DNA of 64,000 nucleotides from Gammaproteobacteria bacterium. Lineage in GTDB: Bacteria > Pseudomonadota > Gammaproteobacteria > Arenicellales > JAJDZL01. The position numbers were made by a program, and so were the translations under genes. This document shows positions 35,610 through 45,822 of the stretch, piece by piece; the first letter of the stretch is position 1, and each line of letters opens with the position of its first letter. The notes under the pieces were generated by a model. It worked only from the letters and a program-made list of their open reading frames with translations, was not told the origin of the DNA and did not search any database. Where the stretch lies: contig JAJEHQ010000005.1 in assembly GCA_022823625.1 (NCBI GenBank), forward strand, positions 70,106 through 134,105. Reading direction: 5' to 3'.

Positions 35610-37072
35610 TGAGTGCATCCACGATACAGCTTTATTGTCTCGTTGCACCTATTGTCGCGGTTGTCTTGATTGTAACAGTTGGACGCGTATTTCCAATTTT
35701 GTATGAAACCATCAATGCCTCAGTTGCAGTAATCACCTTTCTGCTGACTCTTTCCCTGTACAGCGCATTAGGTGAAGGAACAATCGAATCTATGGTTCTG
35801 TTTGAGCCTTTTGCAGGCGTGTCTATCGCACTTCAGGCTGAGCCACTTGGAATACTGTTCGCGATGATGGCAAGCTTCCTGTGGATTATCACGTCGATTT
35901 ATTCTTTTGGATATATGCGAGGTCACGGCGAGACTAACCTTGCCCGCTTTAACATCTTCTTTGCAATCGCAATTTCAAGTGCAATGGGAATTGCACTTGC
36001 AGCCAATGGATTTACGCTATTTCTGTTTTATGAAGTACTGACCCTGTCAACATTTCCGCTGGTTACCCACGCTGGGTCAGATAAAGCAAGAAGAGCCGGT
36101 CGAATTTATCTGTTTTTACTGCTGGGGACATCTGTCGGTATGCTGTTGCTAGCCTTAATCTGGACATGGATCCTAACCGGCACTCTAGATTTTCGGGCAG
36201 GTGGAATTCTGGATGGAGATATCAGTAAAACAACGCTCAACATACTCTTGGTACTCTATGTCTTCGGAATCGGTAAAGCAGCACTGATGCCGTTTCACCG
36301 ATGGTTGCCGGCCGCTATGGTTGCACCGACACCCGTCAGCGCTTTACTACACGCTGTCGCTGTGGTCAAAGCAGGGGTATTTTCGATATTGAAAGTTTCG
36401 ATCTATATCTTTGGAATCGATTTGCTACAGGAACTGGAAGTGCACCGTTACCTGGCTTATGCCGCTGCATTTACGATTGTAGCGACTGCAATCATCGCAC
36501 TCCGAAAGGACAATCTTAAAGCACGTTTGGCGTATTCCACGATCGGCCAGCTATCTTACATTGTGCTTGGCGCTCTCGTCGCCAATGCCGCCGGGATTGT
36601 TGGTGGCGGTCTCCATATGCTCATGCATGGCTTTGGGAAAATTACCCTGTTTTTTGGTGCAGGGGCCATACTTGTGGCGACACACAAAACCGAAATCAGT
36701 CAAATGCGTGGCATCGGACGACGAATGCCCGTTACCATGATCACATTTCTGATCGGCAGCATTGTAATTGTGGGAGCACCACCAACTGGCGGCATGTGGA
36801 GCAAATGGAACTTGTTACTAGGTGCAGCCAACACAACGGATTGGCTATTACTCGCCGCTCTGATCGTTGGCTCTCTGCTGAGTGCGCTATACCTACTACC
36901 TATCGCTGTTCGAGCATTCTATCACTCGCCTGATGACGGCAACGAGACGATTAAGGAAGCGCCGGTTTCGATACTGATCGCACTGATTATCAGCGCTGCT
37001 GGCTGCATCATTCTGTTTTTTGCCCCAGACTTTGCATTTGACTTGATGAATATGATTACATCATCAGAATGA
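35606..37072 (+). CDS. mrpD: Antiporter-like subunit, MrpD/NuoM family (copy 2)
   Basis: 488 aa, 4-nt overlap, with LFLFYEVLTLSTFPLV, PFHRWLPAAMVAPTPVSALLHAVAVVKAG and STIGQLSYI. Confidence 0.85.
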   Translation: MMSASTIQLYCLVAPIVAVVLIVTVGRVFPILYETINASVAVITFLLTLSLYSALGEGTIESMVLFEPFAGVSIALQAEPLGILFAMMASFLWIITSIYSFGYMRGHGETNLARFNIFFAIAISSAMGIALAANGFTLFLFYEVLTLSTFPLVTHAGSDKARRAGRIYLFLLLGTSVGMLLLALIWTWILTGTLDFRAGGILDGDISKTTLNILLVLYVFGIGKAALMPFHRWLPAAMVAPTPVSALLHAVAVVKAGVFSILKVSIYIFGIDLLQELEVHRYLAYAAAFTIVATAIIALRKDNLKARLAYSTIGQLSYIVLGALVANAAGIVGGGLHMLMHGFGKITLFFGAGAILVATHKTEISQMRGIGRRMPVTMITFLIGSIVIVGAPPTGGMWSKWNLLLGAANTTDWLLLAALIVGSLLSALYLLPIAVRAFYHSPDDGNETIKEAPVSILIALIISAAGCIILFFAPDFAFDLMNMITSSE

Positions 37073-37335
37073 CTGATATGAAAAAGGACCACGAGACAAA
37101 TTCAGATTTACCGCGAGCTGTCGGACTTCGACGGATACTCAAGTGGTTCTATGCCGCATGTGCAATCGTAGTTCTGCTTGACCTGGTAATTCATCGTCAT
37201 ATTTACCATCCCTGGGAGTCACTGCTGTTTTTCTATTGCGTGTTTGGATTTGTCGCCTGTGTTTTTCTGGTAGTTGCTGCAAAATGGATGCGAAAACTGT
37301 TGATGCGCAGCGAGGATTACTACGATGGGTATTGA
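37069..37335 (+). CDS. Small two-TM membrane protein of unknown function embedded in the antiporter cluster
   Basis: 88 aa with two hydrophobic helices (WFYAACAIVVLLDLVI and LLFFYCVFGFVACVFLVVAA). It overlaps the upstream gene by 4 nt and the downstream gene by 11 nt. Confidence 0.55.
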   Translation: MTDMKKDHETNSDLPRAVGLRRILKWFYAACAIVVLLDLVIHRHIYHPWESLLFFYCVFGFVACVFLVVAAKWMRKLLMRSEDYYDGY

Positions 37336-39022
37336 TATCCCTCCTTTTGTAATCTTCTTCGCAGGAGCATTGCTGGCGCTCATGGTGCGTCGGACTCTGC
37401 TGTCGTTAATCTGTATCCTCGTTCCGCTAGTCAGTGCAGCCTTTCTGATTTTTAGCAATTCCCCAGAGGCACGCATTGAAACGTCAGTAATCGGCTTGCA
37501 GCTGATCCTGTTTAATCCAGATAAACTTAGCCTCGTCTTTGGTTATGTTTTCCATATTGCAGCGTTTCTGGGTGGCATATTTGCGTGGCGCATTAGAGAC
37601 CCAGTTCATCAAGCCGCTTCGCTTGCTTATGCAGGTAGTGCATTAGGCGCAGTATTTTGTGGAGACCTAATCACGCTGTTTATGTTTTGGGAGTTGATGG
37701 CATTTACCTCTGCATTTTTGATTTGGTGCGGAGGAACTCGAAACTCTATCGATGCCGGAATTCGATACCTGATTATTCAAATCATATCCGGATTTCTACT
37801 GCTGGCTGGGGCAGTGATGCACTACCAGCAAACCGGTTCTCTAGAGTTCACACATATTGGTCTTTCCAGCACAGCCGCCACTCTAATCTTCATTGCATTT
37901 GGTATCAAGTGCGTGTTTCCTCTGCTACATAACTGGCTAACTGATGCCTATCCGGAAGCAACACCCGCTGGAACCGTTTTTCTCAGCGCCTTTACAACCA
38001 AAGTGGCGGTTTACGCATTGGCACGGGGGTTCGCTGGCACAGAGTCATTGATTTACATTGGGATGATCATGACCTGCTTTCCAATTTTCTACGCGGTCAT
38101 TGAAAATGACCTTCGCCGGGTCTTGACCTATAGCATGATTAACCAGATTGGCTTCATGGTGGTCGGCGTCGGCATCGGCACCGAACTCGCCATCAACGGC
38201 GCAGCGAGTCATGTCTTCAGCCATATCATCTACAAGGCGCTCTTGTTCATGTCGATGGGTGCGGTGCTCTATCGTACAGGCAAGATCAATGGTTCTGACT
38301 TGGGTGGATTGTACAAATCAATGCCGAAAACTGCCACATTCTGTATTATTGGTGCTGCTTCTATTTCGGCATTTCCATTGTTCAGCGGGTTTGTCAGCAA
38401 ATCAATGGTGATATCAGCGGCATTGATTGAAGGTTATGACATGGTTTGGCTTGCGTTGCTGTTCGCATCTGCTGGTGTGTTTCACCATTCTGGAATTAAA
38501 ATCCCGTTCTTTGCATTTTTTGCTCATGACTCGGGCATTCGTGTGAAAGAGGCGCCAACCAGTATGTTGATTGCGATGGGGATTGCTGCCGCACTTTGCA
38601 TTGGTATCGGTATTTTCCCACAATACCTTTACAGTCTGTTGCCGTATGAAACAAATTATTCGGCCTATGATGCAACCCACGTTCTCGCCCAGATTCAACT
38701 GCTGCTGTTTTCAGCGCTGGCATTTGTCTGGCTTAAATTGTCAGGAATCTATCCACCTGAATTGAGAAGTGTCAACATTGATGCGGAATGGGTCTACCGA
38801 AAAGGATTCACTGTAGCAGGTCGCTGGTTGACTATTGCCACGCAGGCAGTCATTGCTTCGACCTATTCAATATTGCTAGGGCTTATTGACCGCGTCTATC
38901 GGATGATTCTTAACACCACAGGGCTGAATTCTAGAGTTGCCAGGGAATGGACAGTTGATCTCGCAGTAGCAATTGTAGTATTGCTATTTTCGATATTCAT
39001 AATCTTCCTGGTCGCTGCGTGA
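37325..39022 (+). CDS. Antiporter-like subunit, MrpA/NuoL-MrpD family (copy 3)
   Basis: 565 aa with LFMFWELMAFTSAFLI, LHNWLTDAYPEATPAGTVFLSAFTTKVAVY and SMINQIGFMV, plus an extended C-terminus. Confidence 0.8.
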   Translation: MGIDIPPFVIFFAGALLALMVRRTLLSLICILVPLVSAAFLIFSNSPEARIETSVIGLQLILFNPDKLSLVFGYVFHIAAFLGGIFAWRIRDPVHQAASLAYAGSALGAVFCGDLITLFMFWELMAFTSAFLIWCGGTRNSIDAGIRYLIIQIISGFLLLAGAVMHYQQTGSLEFTHIGLSSTAATLIFIAFGIKCVFPLLHNWLTDAYPEATPAGTVFLSAFTTKVAVYALARGFAGTESLIYIGMIMTCFPIFYAVIENDLRRVLTYSMINQIGFMVVGVGIGTELAINGAASHVFSHIIYKALLFMSMGAVLYRTGKINGSDLGGLYKSMPKTATFCIIGAASISAFPLFSGFVSKSMVISAALIEGYDMVWLALLFASAGVFHHSGIKIPFFAFFAHDSGIRVKEAPTSMLIAMGIAAALCIGIGIFPQYLYSLLPYETNYSAYDATHVLAQIQLLLFSALAFVWLKLSGIYPPELRSVNIDAEWVYRKGFTVAGRWLTIATQAVIASTYSILLGLIDRVYRMILNTTGLNSRVAREWTVDLAVAIVVLLFSIFIIFLVAA

Positions 39023-39043
39023 AATCACACCAACTCAGAAATT

Positions 39044-39427
39044 TCACCCCTGAGTCACTCGAGCCACCGCGATTCCAGCGATGCAGGCAGCGATAGAAAG
39101 TCCTGCAGAGCCGAACGCATACAGCAAAGCTTCCAGGTTACGCCCTTGCTGAAATAGCAGCCAGCAATCCAACGAATAGGCAGAGAATGTTGTATAGCCA
39201 CCCAAAAACCCTGTCATAACCAGAGCGGTGTAACGTCCAGTTTCTCCACTTAAGCCGCCAAATAGCACAAACAACACACCGACGATGAAAGAACCGCTTA
39301 CATTGACTGTTAGCGTTCCATAGGGGAAATTGCTACCAAGTACTCTGGCTAATCCGACACCAGTCAAATAACGGCCAACTGCACCTATCGCCCCACCAAC
39401 AGCAACCTGAATTATTGTCCAACTCAT
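39044..39427 (-). CDS. crcB: Fluoride ion channel CrcB/FluC
   Basis: 127 aa, 4 TM helices, with GGAIGAVGRYL, GTLTVNVSGSFI and GFLGGYTTFSAY. Confidence 0.9.
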   Translation of the reverse strand: MSWTIIQVAVGGAIGAVGRYLTGVGLARVLGSNFPYGTLTVNVSGSFIVGVLFVLFGGLSGETGRYTALVMTGFLGGYTTFSAYSLDCWLLFQQGRNLEALLYAFGSAGLSIAACIAGIAVARVTQG

Positions 39428-39474
39428 TTATCTAATTCATGTTTCGCCGCGCTGTAAACTGAAACAAATACAAT

Positions 39475-40206
39475 TTATTTTCCAGTACTTGATTTCTCTA
39501 GAGAACGCCAGATGCTCCCATTTGCTGATATCTGATCAAGTTCGTCTAAAATCTTTTCATGCAGTTCGAGTTCCGACTCATTGGCCGGAATGACCACAAT
39601 GTTGACGGGTTCCGTCCGCACTTTTGGTGTTTCAGATTTTGCCATTGAATCTTCAATTTCCGAAACAACCCCAAATTCAAGCGTCGTCTGTCCACTTGTC
39701 AGGGCGAGGTAGACGTTGACTAGAATTTCAGCATCCTGCCGGGCACCATGAAGTGAACGTCCTGAAAGGTCAATTCCGAATTCATTTGCCAGCGCGTTAA
39801 GACTGTTGCGACGGCCCGGCCGCTTTTCCCTTGCGACTTCCAGGGTATCGAAAACTTCACAAACTGATAGGATTTCAGGGTAATTCAAGTTGGACTCTTT
39901 AAATTCGTGATTGAGAAATCCCAAGTCAAACTCTGCATTGTGGATGATGAGTTCAGAACCTTCGATAAACTCAAACAACTCATCGGCGACCTCGACGAAT
40001 TTTGGTTTGTTTTTTAGGAAATCATTGTCAATTCCGTGCACTTCCAGTGCGCCTCGTTCAACCTCCCGTTCAGGATTGACGTAGTGATGTAAGACTCTGC
40101 CTGTTCGTGATCGAGTTTCAAGCTCAATACAGGCAAATTCAATTATCCGGTGACCATCTTTGACTTCAAGCCCTGTTGTTTCAGTATCGATGACAACCTG
40201 TCTCAT
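39475..40206 (-). CDS. dnaQ: DNA polymerase III epsilon subunit (3'-5' proofreading exonuclease)
   Basis: Exo motifs VVIDTETTGL, IIHNAEFDLGFL and HGARQDAEIL. Confidence 0.9.
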   Translation of the reverse strand: MRQVVIDTETTGLEVKDGHRIIEFACIELETRSRTGRVLHHYVNPEREVERGALEVHGIDNDFLKNKPKFVEVADELFEFIEGSELIIHNAEFDLGFLNHEFKESNLNYPEILSVCEVFDTLEVAREKRPGRRNSLNALANEFGIDLSGRSLHGARQDAEILVNVYLALTSGQTTLEFGVVSEIEDSMAKSETPKVRTEPVNIVVIPANESELELHEKILDELDQISANGSIWRSLEKSSTGK

Positions 40207-40640
40207 GAAGTCCCTCCAGATATAGCATTTCGAGCCAAAGAATCCGCTCTGTTATTCCACTCGTTGCTGCTGTGTGCCTTGACCCATTCCCAAGTCACTT
40301 CATGGAACGAATTTAGTCGGTCCAACTCCTGCCATAAATCAACATTTTTAACTGGCTGACGGTTGCGAAGTTTCCATCCCTTCTGTTTCCATTGAACGAT
40401 CCATTGCGTGATTCCATTACGCAGGTAAGTTGAATCGGTGTACAAAATCACGACAGATTTTCGCTTCAATAACTGTAATGCCTTAACTGCAGCCGTGAGT
40501 TCCATGCGATTATTGGTCGTTTGCGCCTCGCTCCCAGAAATTTCTTTGACCTGATTGTTCCAAAACAGAATAGCACCCCATCCGCCTGGACCAGGGTTTG
40601 GAGAGCAGGCACCGTCGGTATAAATTGATACTGTTGGCAT
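40203..40640 (-). CDS. rnhA: Ribonuclease HI
   Basis: 145 aa with IYTDGACSPNPGPGGWG, TNNRMEL, TDSTY and WVKAHSS. A 4-nt overlap links it to dnaQ. Confidence 0.9.
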   Translation of the reverse strand: MPTVSIYTDGACSPNPGPGGWGAILFWNNQVKEISGSEAQTTNNRMELTAAVKALQLLKRKSVVILYTDSTYLRNGITQWIVQWKQKGWKLRNRQPVKNVDLWQELDRLNSFHEVTWEWVKAHSSNEWNNRADSLARNAISGGTS

Positions 40641-40691
40641 GGCGATATCTGGCAGTAATTTAGATTTTCAGATTATCATAATTCTGCATGT

Positions 40692-41432
40692 TCAATGTTC
40701 AAATCTAAACCTTCGTTGCTTTAATTTGAGATTCGAAAATTGAGGCTTTATTCTACTCGCCATGTTCTGTCTGCGCGCGGACAATACATAAACTGAACCC
40801 AGGGCTGGCCACCATCTGGCACCTGCAACCTCCCATTTTTCCAGCCGTTTCAATCGACTAGGTCGTCTGAAAGGCGGTCTGAAAAAGCCAAATTCTGCAG
40901 CAAATATTTCGAATCCCAGCAATGACAGCCAGTGACGAATTTGATGAACTGAGTAAAACTTGACAGTACTGGGAACCAGATTCTCGATTTGTTTGAAGCG
41001 TTTTAGCAGGGCTAGCATGCTTCTAGGATTGAAACCTGTAATCAGCAACACACCATTGGCAGTCATGCACTGTGCTGCCTCTTGCAACAGCTCTTCTGGA
41101 TTGTCACAAAAATCCAGAACATGGGGGAGAAACAGGTAATCGATGGATTCTGCACCAAATGGCAAACGCTCCCCCACCCCAACAATCGAGTAATCCAAAC
41201 GACGATTCAACTCTAGCGACACCCTGTACTTCGAAACGGATGTAATACTATCGAAATTGTGTAAATGTGAAGGTCCCTCGACCTGCACACAACTTTGGTA
41301 ATGAATTCTTGGCACCAGGCGTTCCGCAATTTGAGTCTCACATTGAAAAATGGTCTGCCCTATTGCAGAATTGAAACAGTGAGATGCTAAATTTAGCCTC
41401 TGCGATGTCTGTGTGACTGGAATTGAGTACAT
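40692..41432 (-). CDS. Class-I SAM-dependent methyltransferase (YafS-like position next to rnhA)
   Basis: 246 aa with a methyltransferase-type-11-like region (IDYLFLPHVLDFCDNPEELLQEAAQCMTANGVLLITGFNP). The synteny with rnhA matches the enterobacterial yafS position. Confidence 0.6.
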   Translation of the reverse strand: MYSIPVTQTSQRLNLASHCFNSAIGQTIFQCETQIAERLVPRIHYQSCVQVEGPSHLHNFDSITSVSKYRVSLELNRRLDYSIVGVGERLPFGAESIDYLFLPHVLDFCDNPEELLQEAAQCMTANGVLLITGFNPRSMLALLKRFKQIENLVPSTVKFYSVHQIRHWLSLLGFEIFAAEFGFFRPPFRRPSRLKRLEKWEVAGARWWPALGSVYVLSARRQNMASRIKPQFSNLKLKQRRFRFEH

Positions 41433-41575
41433 CAGGTTGTTCCTATATCACGCTTGTGGTATATTTGGTTGCTCACTACAAATTCTGCATGATAAAGTGA
41501 CCTCCATCTACGACAAAAATTAGATGGTATGGTTGCAAGGCTTCCGTAAGAGTTGTTAAATTCCTCTGTCTTCAA

Positions 41576-43237
41576 ATGTCAAAACAATATAGTCAATCTG
41601 GTTACGGACTGCTACCACCACTCGCAGTCGGTTCATGTCTAGCTATTTTGGTTTGGTCAGCCAGTTTGACCATTGACAGCAAACCGCCCATAAGCTATTT
41701 TTTGTCCAGTGCACATGCTCAGCAAGTCCATAGTATTGACTATTCCGCCGACGACATAGACTACAGGAACAACCGTCTGCCTAAACCTTACGTACCCGCA
41801 GGCAGTATATTTTTTCATAAAAATCAAACACTTCATTCTGATATACCCCAAGTCAAAGATGAAGAAATTCCCGCTGTAGATATTTGGTCAGAAATTAGAG
41901 AAAATTTCCAACTCGAAAGCTTTGAAAGCGATCTTGTCAAGCGGCACGAGAAACGATACACGCGAAATCCAAAACATTTCGAGCGAATTCTTGAACGAGC
42001 AAAGGTTTATCTACCATTCATATTTGAACAAACCCAACGGTACAACATGCCTTCCGAAGTTGTGCTGTTACCACTGATCGAAAGCGGATACAACCCCAGA
42101 ATCTATTCCACCCGCGGCGCAGCGGGTCTGTGGCAGTTCATGCCTGCAACAGGCCGAAATTACGGACTTAAGCAGGACTGGTGGTACGAAGGGCGGCGAG
42201 ATATTACTTACTCGACTCAGGCTGCACTGAAGCATTTGAGAGATCTGAACGAAATGTTCGACGGCGACTGGCCATTGACCTTTGCTGCCTATAACGTCGG
42301 TCACAACGGAATGATCCGGGCTATCAATGCAAACAAACGGAGAAACAAGCCAACTGACCTGAAGTCTCTGAAACTGAATTCAGAAACAAGGAATTTCTAT
42401 CCAAAGCTGATCGCAGTTAAAAACATCATTCAAAATCCAAATGACTACGGCGTCAAACTGCCAGAAGTTACTACCAAGTCTCCATTTGAAATTGTTGAAT
42501 TCGAATTCCAAATCGATTTAGCAGTATTGTCTGAAGCAATTCAGATTGATTCAGTGAAGCTTGCTTTGCTGAATCCAGGACTTCGAAGGTACGCAACGCC
42601 ACCCGATGGTCCATTCAGAATTCTGGTGCCGGCTGAAAAACTATCGGAAACTGTCGACTGGAAACGTGACTTACGACCGTCTGAAGCAATTGTTGCTAGA
42701 AGCGAACATCGCGTAAGATCAGGTGACACTTTAAGTGAAATTGCTGAATTTTACGGCGTGTCCGTTGTTTCAATTAAAGTGATCAATGCAAAAAGTTCAA
42801 ACCTCATCAAAATCGGTGAAATTCTCAGAATTCCCTCACATCAAGGAGCAAGTGAAGGTTTAAGCGGACTTCAAGGCGTCGAAATCGTGCATCAAGTTGT
42901 TGCTAACGACAGTTTGAGCGAAATTGCCCAGGCTTACAACGTTAAGTTATCTGAATTACGCGCAATCAATGGGTTGAGTGCAAAGTCAGACCTGATTCGA
43001 ATTGGACAGCAGCTTCGTATTCCGGATTCATCCCGTTCAATCAGCAACAATCCAACTGTAGCTGCCAGTTCTCATGATTTGAGATCTCGTGTACAGCACT
43101 CGGTTAGAAGGGGTGAATCACTTTGGACCATCGCCCGAAGATACGGTGTTCGGGTGATCGACATTGTCAATTGGAACAAGATCAGTCGATCCGCTCACAT
43201 TTACCCTGGTCAGAAACTCGTTATTTATATTCACTGA
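41576..43237 (+). CDS. mltD: Membrane-bound lytic murein transglycosylase D with three LysM repeats
   Basis: SLT domain LPLIESGYNPRIYSTRGAAGLWQFMPATG followed by three LysM-like repeats (HRVRSGDTLSEIAEFYGV, HQVVANDSLSEIAQAYNV, HSVRRGESLWTIARRYGV). Confidence 0.85.
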   Translation: MSKQYSQSGYGLLPPLAVGSCLAILVWSASLTIDSKPPISYFLSSAHAQQVHSIDYSADDIDYRNNRLPKPYVPAGSIFFHKNQTLHSDIPQVKDEEIPAVDIWSEIRENFQLESFESDLVKRHEKRYTRNPKHFERILERAKVYLPFIFEQTQRYNMPSEVVLLPLIESGYNPRIYSTRGAAGLWQFMPATGRNYGLKQDWWYEGRRDITYSTQAALKHLRDLNEMFDGDWPLTFAAYNVGHNGMIRAINANKRRNKPTDLKSLKLNSETRNFYPKLIAVKNIIQNPNDYGVKLPEVTTKSPFEIVEFEFQIDLAVLSEAIQIDSVKLALLNPGLRRYATPPDGPFRILVPAEKLSETVDWKRDLRPSEAIVARSEHRVRSGDTLSEIAEFYGVSVVSIKVINAKSSNLIKIGEILRIPSHQGASEGLSGLQGVEIVHQVVANDSLSEIAQAYNVKLSELRAINGLSAKSDLIRIGQQLRIPDSSRSISNNPTVAASSHDLRSRVQHSVRRGESLWTIARRYGVRVIDIVNWNKISRSAHIYPGQKLVIYIH

Positions 43238-43254
43238 TTCGACCAGTACTGCAA

Positions 43255-44010
43255 TCACCCCTGCAGTATCTGGCGAACCTTCCATAGATCTTCCCAGGAT
43301 TTTGCTTTTTCTGTTGGCTTTCTCAATAGATAAGCAGGATGGTAAGTCACCACCAGATCAATCTCTGTATCTTTGAATTTGTAGGTTTGTTTTCTCAAGC
43401 CACCAAGCGGCATTTCTGAATCGAGCAACAACTGAGCACTGACTCTGCCAAGAGCGACAATGACTTTTGGTTGAATTAGTTCGATTTGTCTGCGTAAGTA
43501 AGGAGTACAGGTTTTGGCTTCGATGGGCAGAGGATCGCGATTTCTGGGTGGTCTGCACTTTACGATATTGCAGATGTACACTGCATCCCGATTCAAGCCA
43601 AGCGCTGCAATCATGGACGTAAGAAGCTGACCAGCCTTCCCCACAAACGGCAAGCCCTGCTTGTCTTCTTCCGCCCCCGGTCCTTCACCAATAAACATCA
43701 GATCTGCCGATTCAGAGCCAGAACCAAAAACAACGTTGGTACGTTCATTGCTAAGTGCACAGAGTTTGCAAGTTGATGCAATGTTTGCAACCGCTCTCAA
43801 ACTCAACTCAGCTAATGAATCTGTTGCAGGAATTGATGGAGCTACCGTAACTTGCGAACTTTCTGTATTTTGGTAATCAAAAGTTATTGATGGCTGTTCT
43901 GCAGACTCCTGTAACTCAGAGTCTGCATCACTCTGTTGCAATTTCCCGGGTTGTGTTCGAAGTCTGTAGACCTCAATTCCCATCGCACTCAGAAAAGCAT
44001 CTTTTGACAT
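43255..44010 (-). CDS. Family-4 uracil-DNA glycosylase
   Basis: Motifs [32 protein letters not shown] and [10 protein letters not shown]. The track begins at TTG 44013; the adjacent ATG 44010 is preferred. Confidence 0.85.
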   Translation of the reverse strand: MSKDAFLSAMGIEVYRLRTQPGKLQQSDADSELQESAEQPSITFDYQNTESSQVTVAPSIPATDSLAELSLRAVANIASTCKLCALSNERTNVVFGSGSESADLMFIGEGPGAEEDKQGLPFVGKAGQLLTSMIAALGLNRDAVYICNIVKCRPPRNRDPLPIEAKTCTPYLRRQIELIQPKVIVALGRVSAQLLLDSEMPLGGLRKQTYKFKDTEIDLVVTYHPAYLLRKPTEKAKSWEDLWKVRQILQG

Positions 44011-44020
44011 CAATTACGAC

Positions 44021-45565
44021 TCAAATCATGGAACCCGTTTGCGGATGTGGGCGTTCAGAAGTTTCGAGGCGATTCAATGCATTAATGTATGCCTTTACGG
44101 ATGCAATAACAATATCGGTGTCGGCTCCATGACCGTTAACAACGCGACCATTCTCCCTGAGTCGTACGCTCACTTCACCCTGCGCATCGGTACCACCGGT
44201 TATGCTGTTTACAGAATAAAGTTCGAGCTCAGGAGCGCGCTCGATCACTGAAGCAACTGCTCTGAACGAGGCATCAACCGGCCCGTTGCCATCTGCTGTA
44301 GCATTGACCAGTTCACCATCCCACTTCACAGCCAAGAGTGCTGTGGAATTTTCCTTAGTACTTGAACTGACCTGCAAACTCTCAAGCTTCAGTCTGTCAC
44401 CGATTTGCTGTCCACCGGAACCAACTTGCAATCCGATCAGATCATCATCAAAAATTTCGTGCTTACGATCAGCCAGATCCTTAAAACGGTCAAATGCAAT
44501 CTGCAATTCCTGATCAGAATGAAACTCAAATCCAAGTTCATTCATTCTTTGTTGAAATGCATGGCGACCGGAGTGTTTGCCAAGCACCATTCGGTTAGTC
44601 GACCAGCCGACATCCTCAGCACGCATGATTTCATACGTTTCCCGCTTTTTAATCACACCATCCTGGTGAATGCCCGACTCGTGTGCAAAAGCATTTGCAC
44701 CGACAATCGCTTTGTTGGGCTGCACTGGAAATCCCGTCACCGTTGAAACTAGACGACTAGCAGGAACAATCTGAGTGGTATCAATGTTGGTATCACATTC
44801 GAAAAGATCCTGGCGAGTTCTGACTGCCATCACAATTTCCTCAAGTGATGCATTACCTGCACGTTCGCCAAGTCCGTTGATCGTGCATTCAACTTGGCGC
44901 GCACCTTTCTGAACAGCAGCGAGTGAGTTGGCCACAGCCACACCTAAATCATTGTGGCAGTGAACTGAAAAAATTGCTTTATCTGAATTGGGAATTTTTT
45001 CCATCAGCAATTCAATCGTTCGGGCGAACTGTGCAGGCATGTTGTATCCGACAGTGTCTGGAATATTGATCGTACGCGCACCGGCGTCAATCGTAGCCTC
45101 GATGATTCTGCAAAGAAATTCCAACTCCGAACGACCGGCGTCTTCTGGGGAAAATTCCACATCATCAGTGTAATTTCGTGCCCGTTTGACTGACCAGACT
45201 GCGCGCTCCAGTACCTGATCCTCGTTCATTCTGAGCTTTTCTTTCATATGAATCGGAGAAGTCGCAATAAACGTATGTATGCGCTTCGATTTCGCAGGTT
45301 CCACCGCTTCCGCTGCCCGGTCCAAATCACCTTCAACTGCCCTCGCTAGCGCACAAACGGTACTCTCGGTAATTTCGCTGGCAACTTGCTTTACAGCCTG
45401 AAAATCTCCGGGACTTGCTGCCGGAAATCCTGCTTCAATAACATCAACCCGCATCTTTTCCAACAACTTGGCAATCGCGAGTTTTTCATCTGCATTCATT
45501 GACGCACCGGGACTTTGTTCCCCGTCGCGTAACGTAGTATCAAATATGATCAATCGATCCGACAT
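44021..45565 (-). CDS. leuA: 2-isopropylmalate synthase
   Basis: 514 aa with [30 protein letters not shown] and a C-terminal LeuA dimerisation/regulatory domain. Confidence 0.9.
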   Translation of the reverse strand: MSDRLIIFDTTLRDGEQSPGASMNADEKLAIAKLLEKMRVDVIEAGFPAASPGDFQAVKQVASEITESTVCALARAVEGDLDRAAEAVEPAKSKRIHTFIATSPIHMKEKLRMNEDQVLERAVWSVKRARNYTDDVEFSPEDAGRSELEFLCRIIEATIDAGARTINIPDTVGYNMPAQFARTIELLMEKIPNSDKAIFSVHCHNDLGVAVANSLAAVQKGARQVECTINGLGERAGNASLEEIVMAVRTRQDLFECDTNIDTTQIVPASRLVSTVTGFPVQPNKAIVGANAFAHESGIHQDGVIKKRETYEIMRAEDVGWSTNRMVLGKHSGRHAFQQRMNELGFEFHSDQELQIAFDRFKDLADRKHEIFDDDLIGLQVGSGGQQIGDRLKLESLQVSSSTKENSTALLAVKWDGELVNATADGNGPVDASFRAVASVIERAPELELYSVNSITGGTDAQGEVSVRLRENGRVVNGHGADTDIVIASVKAYINALNRLETSERPHPQTGSMI

Positions 45566-45652
45566 TGCTAATCCTGACTAAATGTGAAAATCAAACCAAA
45601 AACTGTCCACCAAACACGCTGGCTGGTGAATGAATCATTAGAGGGAATTTTT

Positions 45653-45685
45653 GAAAAAAGAGATACCGCGCCTATAGGCGCAGCA
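45653..45685 (-). terminator. Putative intrinsic terminator after pssA, upstream of leuA
   Basis: The minus strand reads UGCUGCGCC-UAUA-GGCGCGGUA, a 9-bp stem with two G-U pairs (45664-45685), followed by UCUCUUUUUUC (U-run 45654-45659). Confidence 0.45.
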
Positions 45686-45822
45686 GAAGCAGCCTGCTAG
45701 AGACTTGAATGGCGGAGATATTAGAGATTGCGTTCAACATTTGCACGGGATTTATACATCATTGGCCAATGCAATGCAAATTTTTTGGATTTTGAAACAT
45801 CACTGCTGCCTAAAAGTTGTGC

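Noticed and set aside
39428-39474. Possible fluoride riboswitch upstream of crcB
   Set aside because: Only 47 nt separate crcB from the dnaQ stop. That is too short for the crcB motif, and none of its conserved segments is visible.
45566-45822. Leucine leader peptide or attenuator upstream of leuA
   Set aside because: The only small ORF (MMYKSRANVERNL) has no run of Leu codons. The hairpin plus U-tract is better explained as the pssA terminator.
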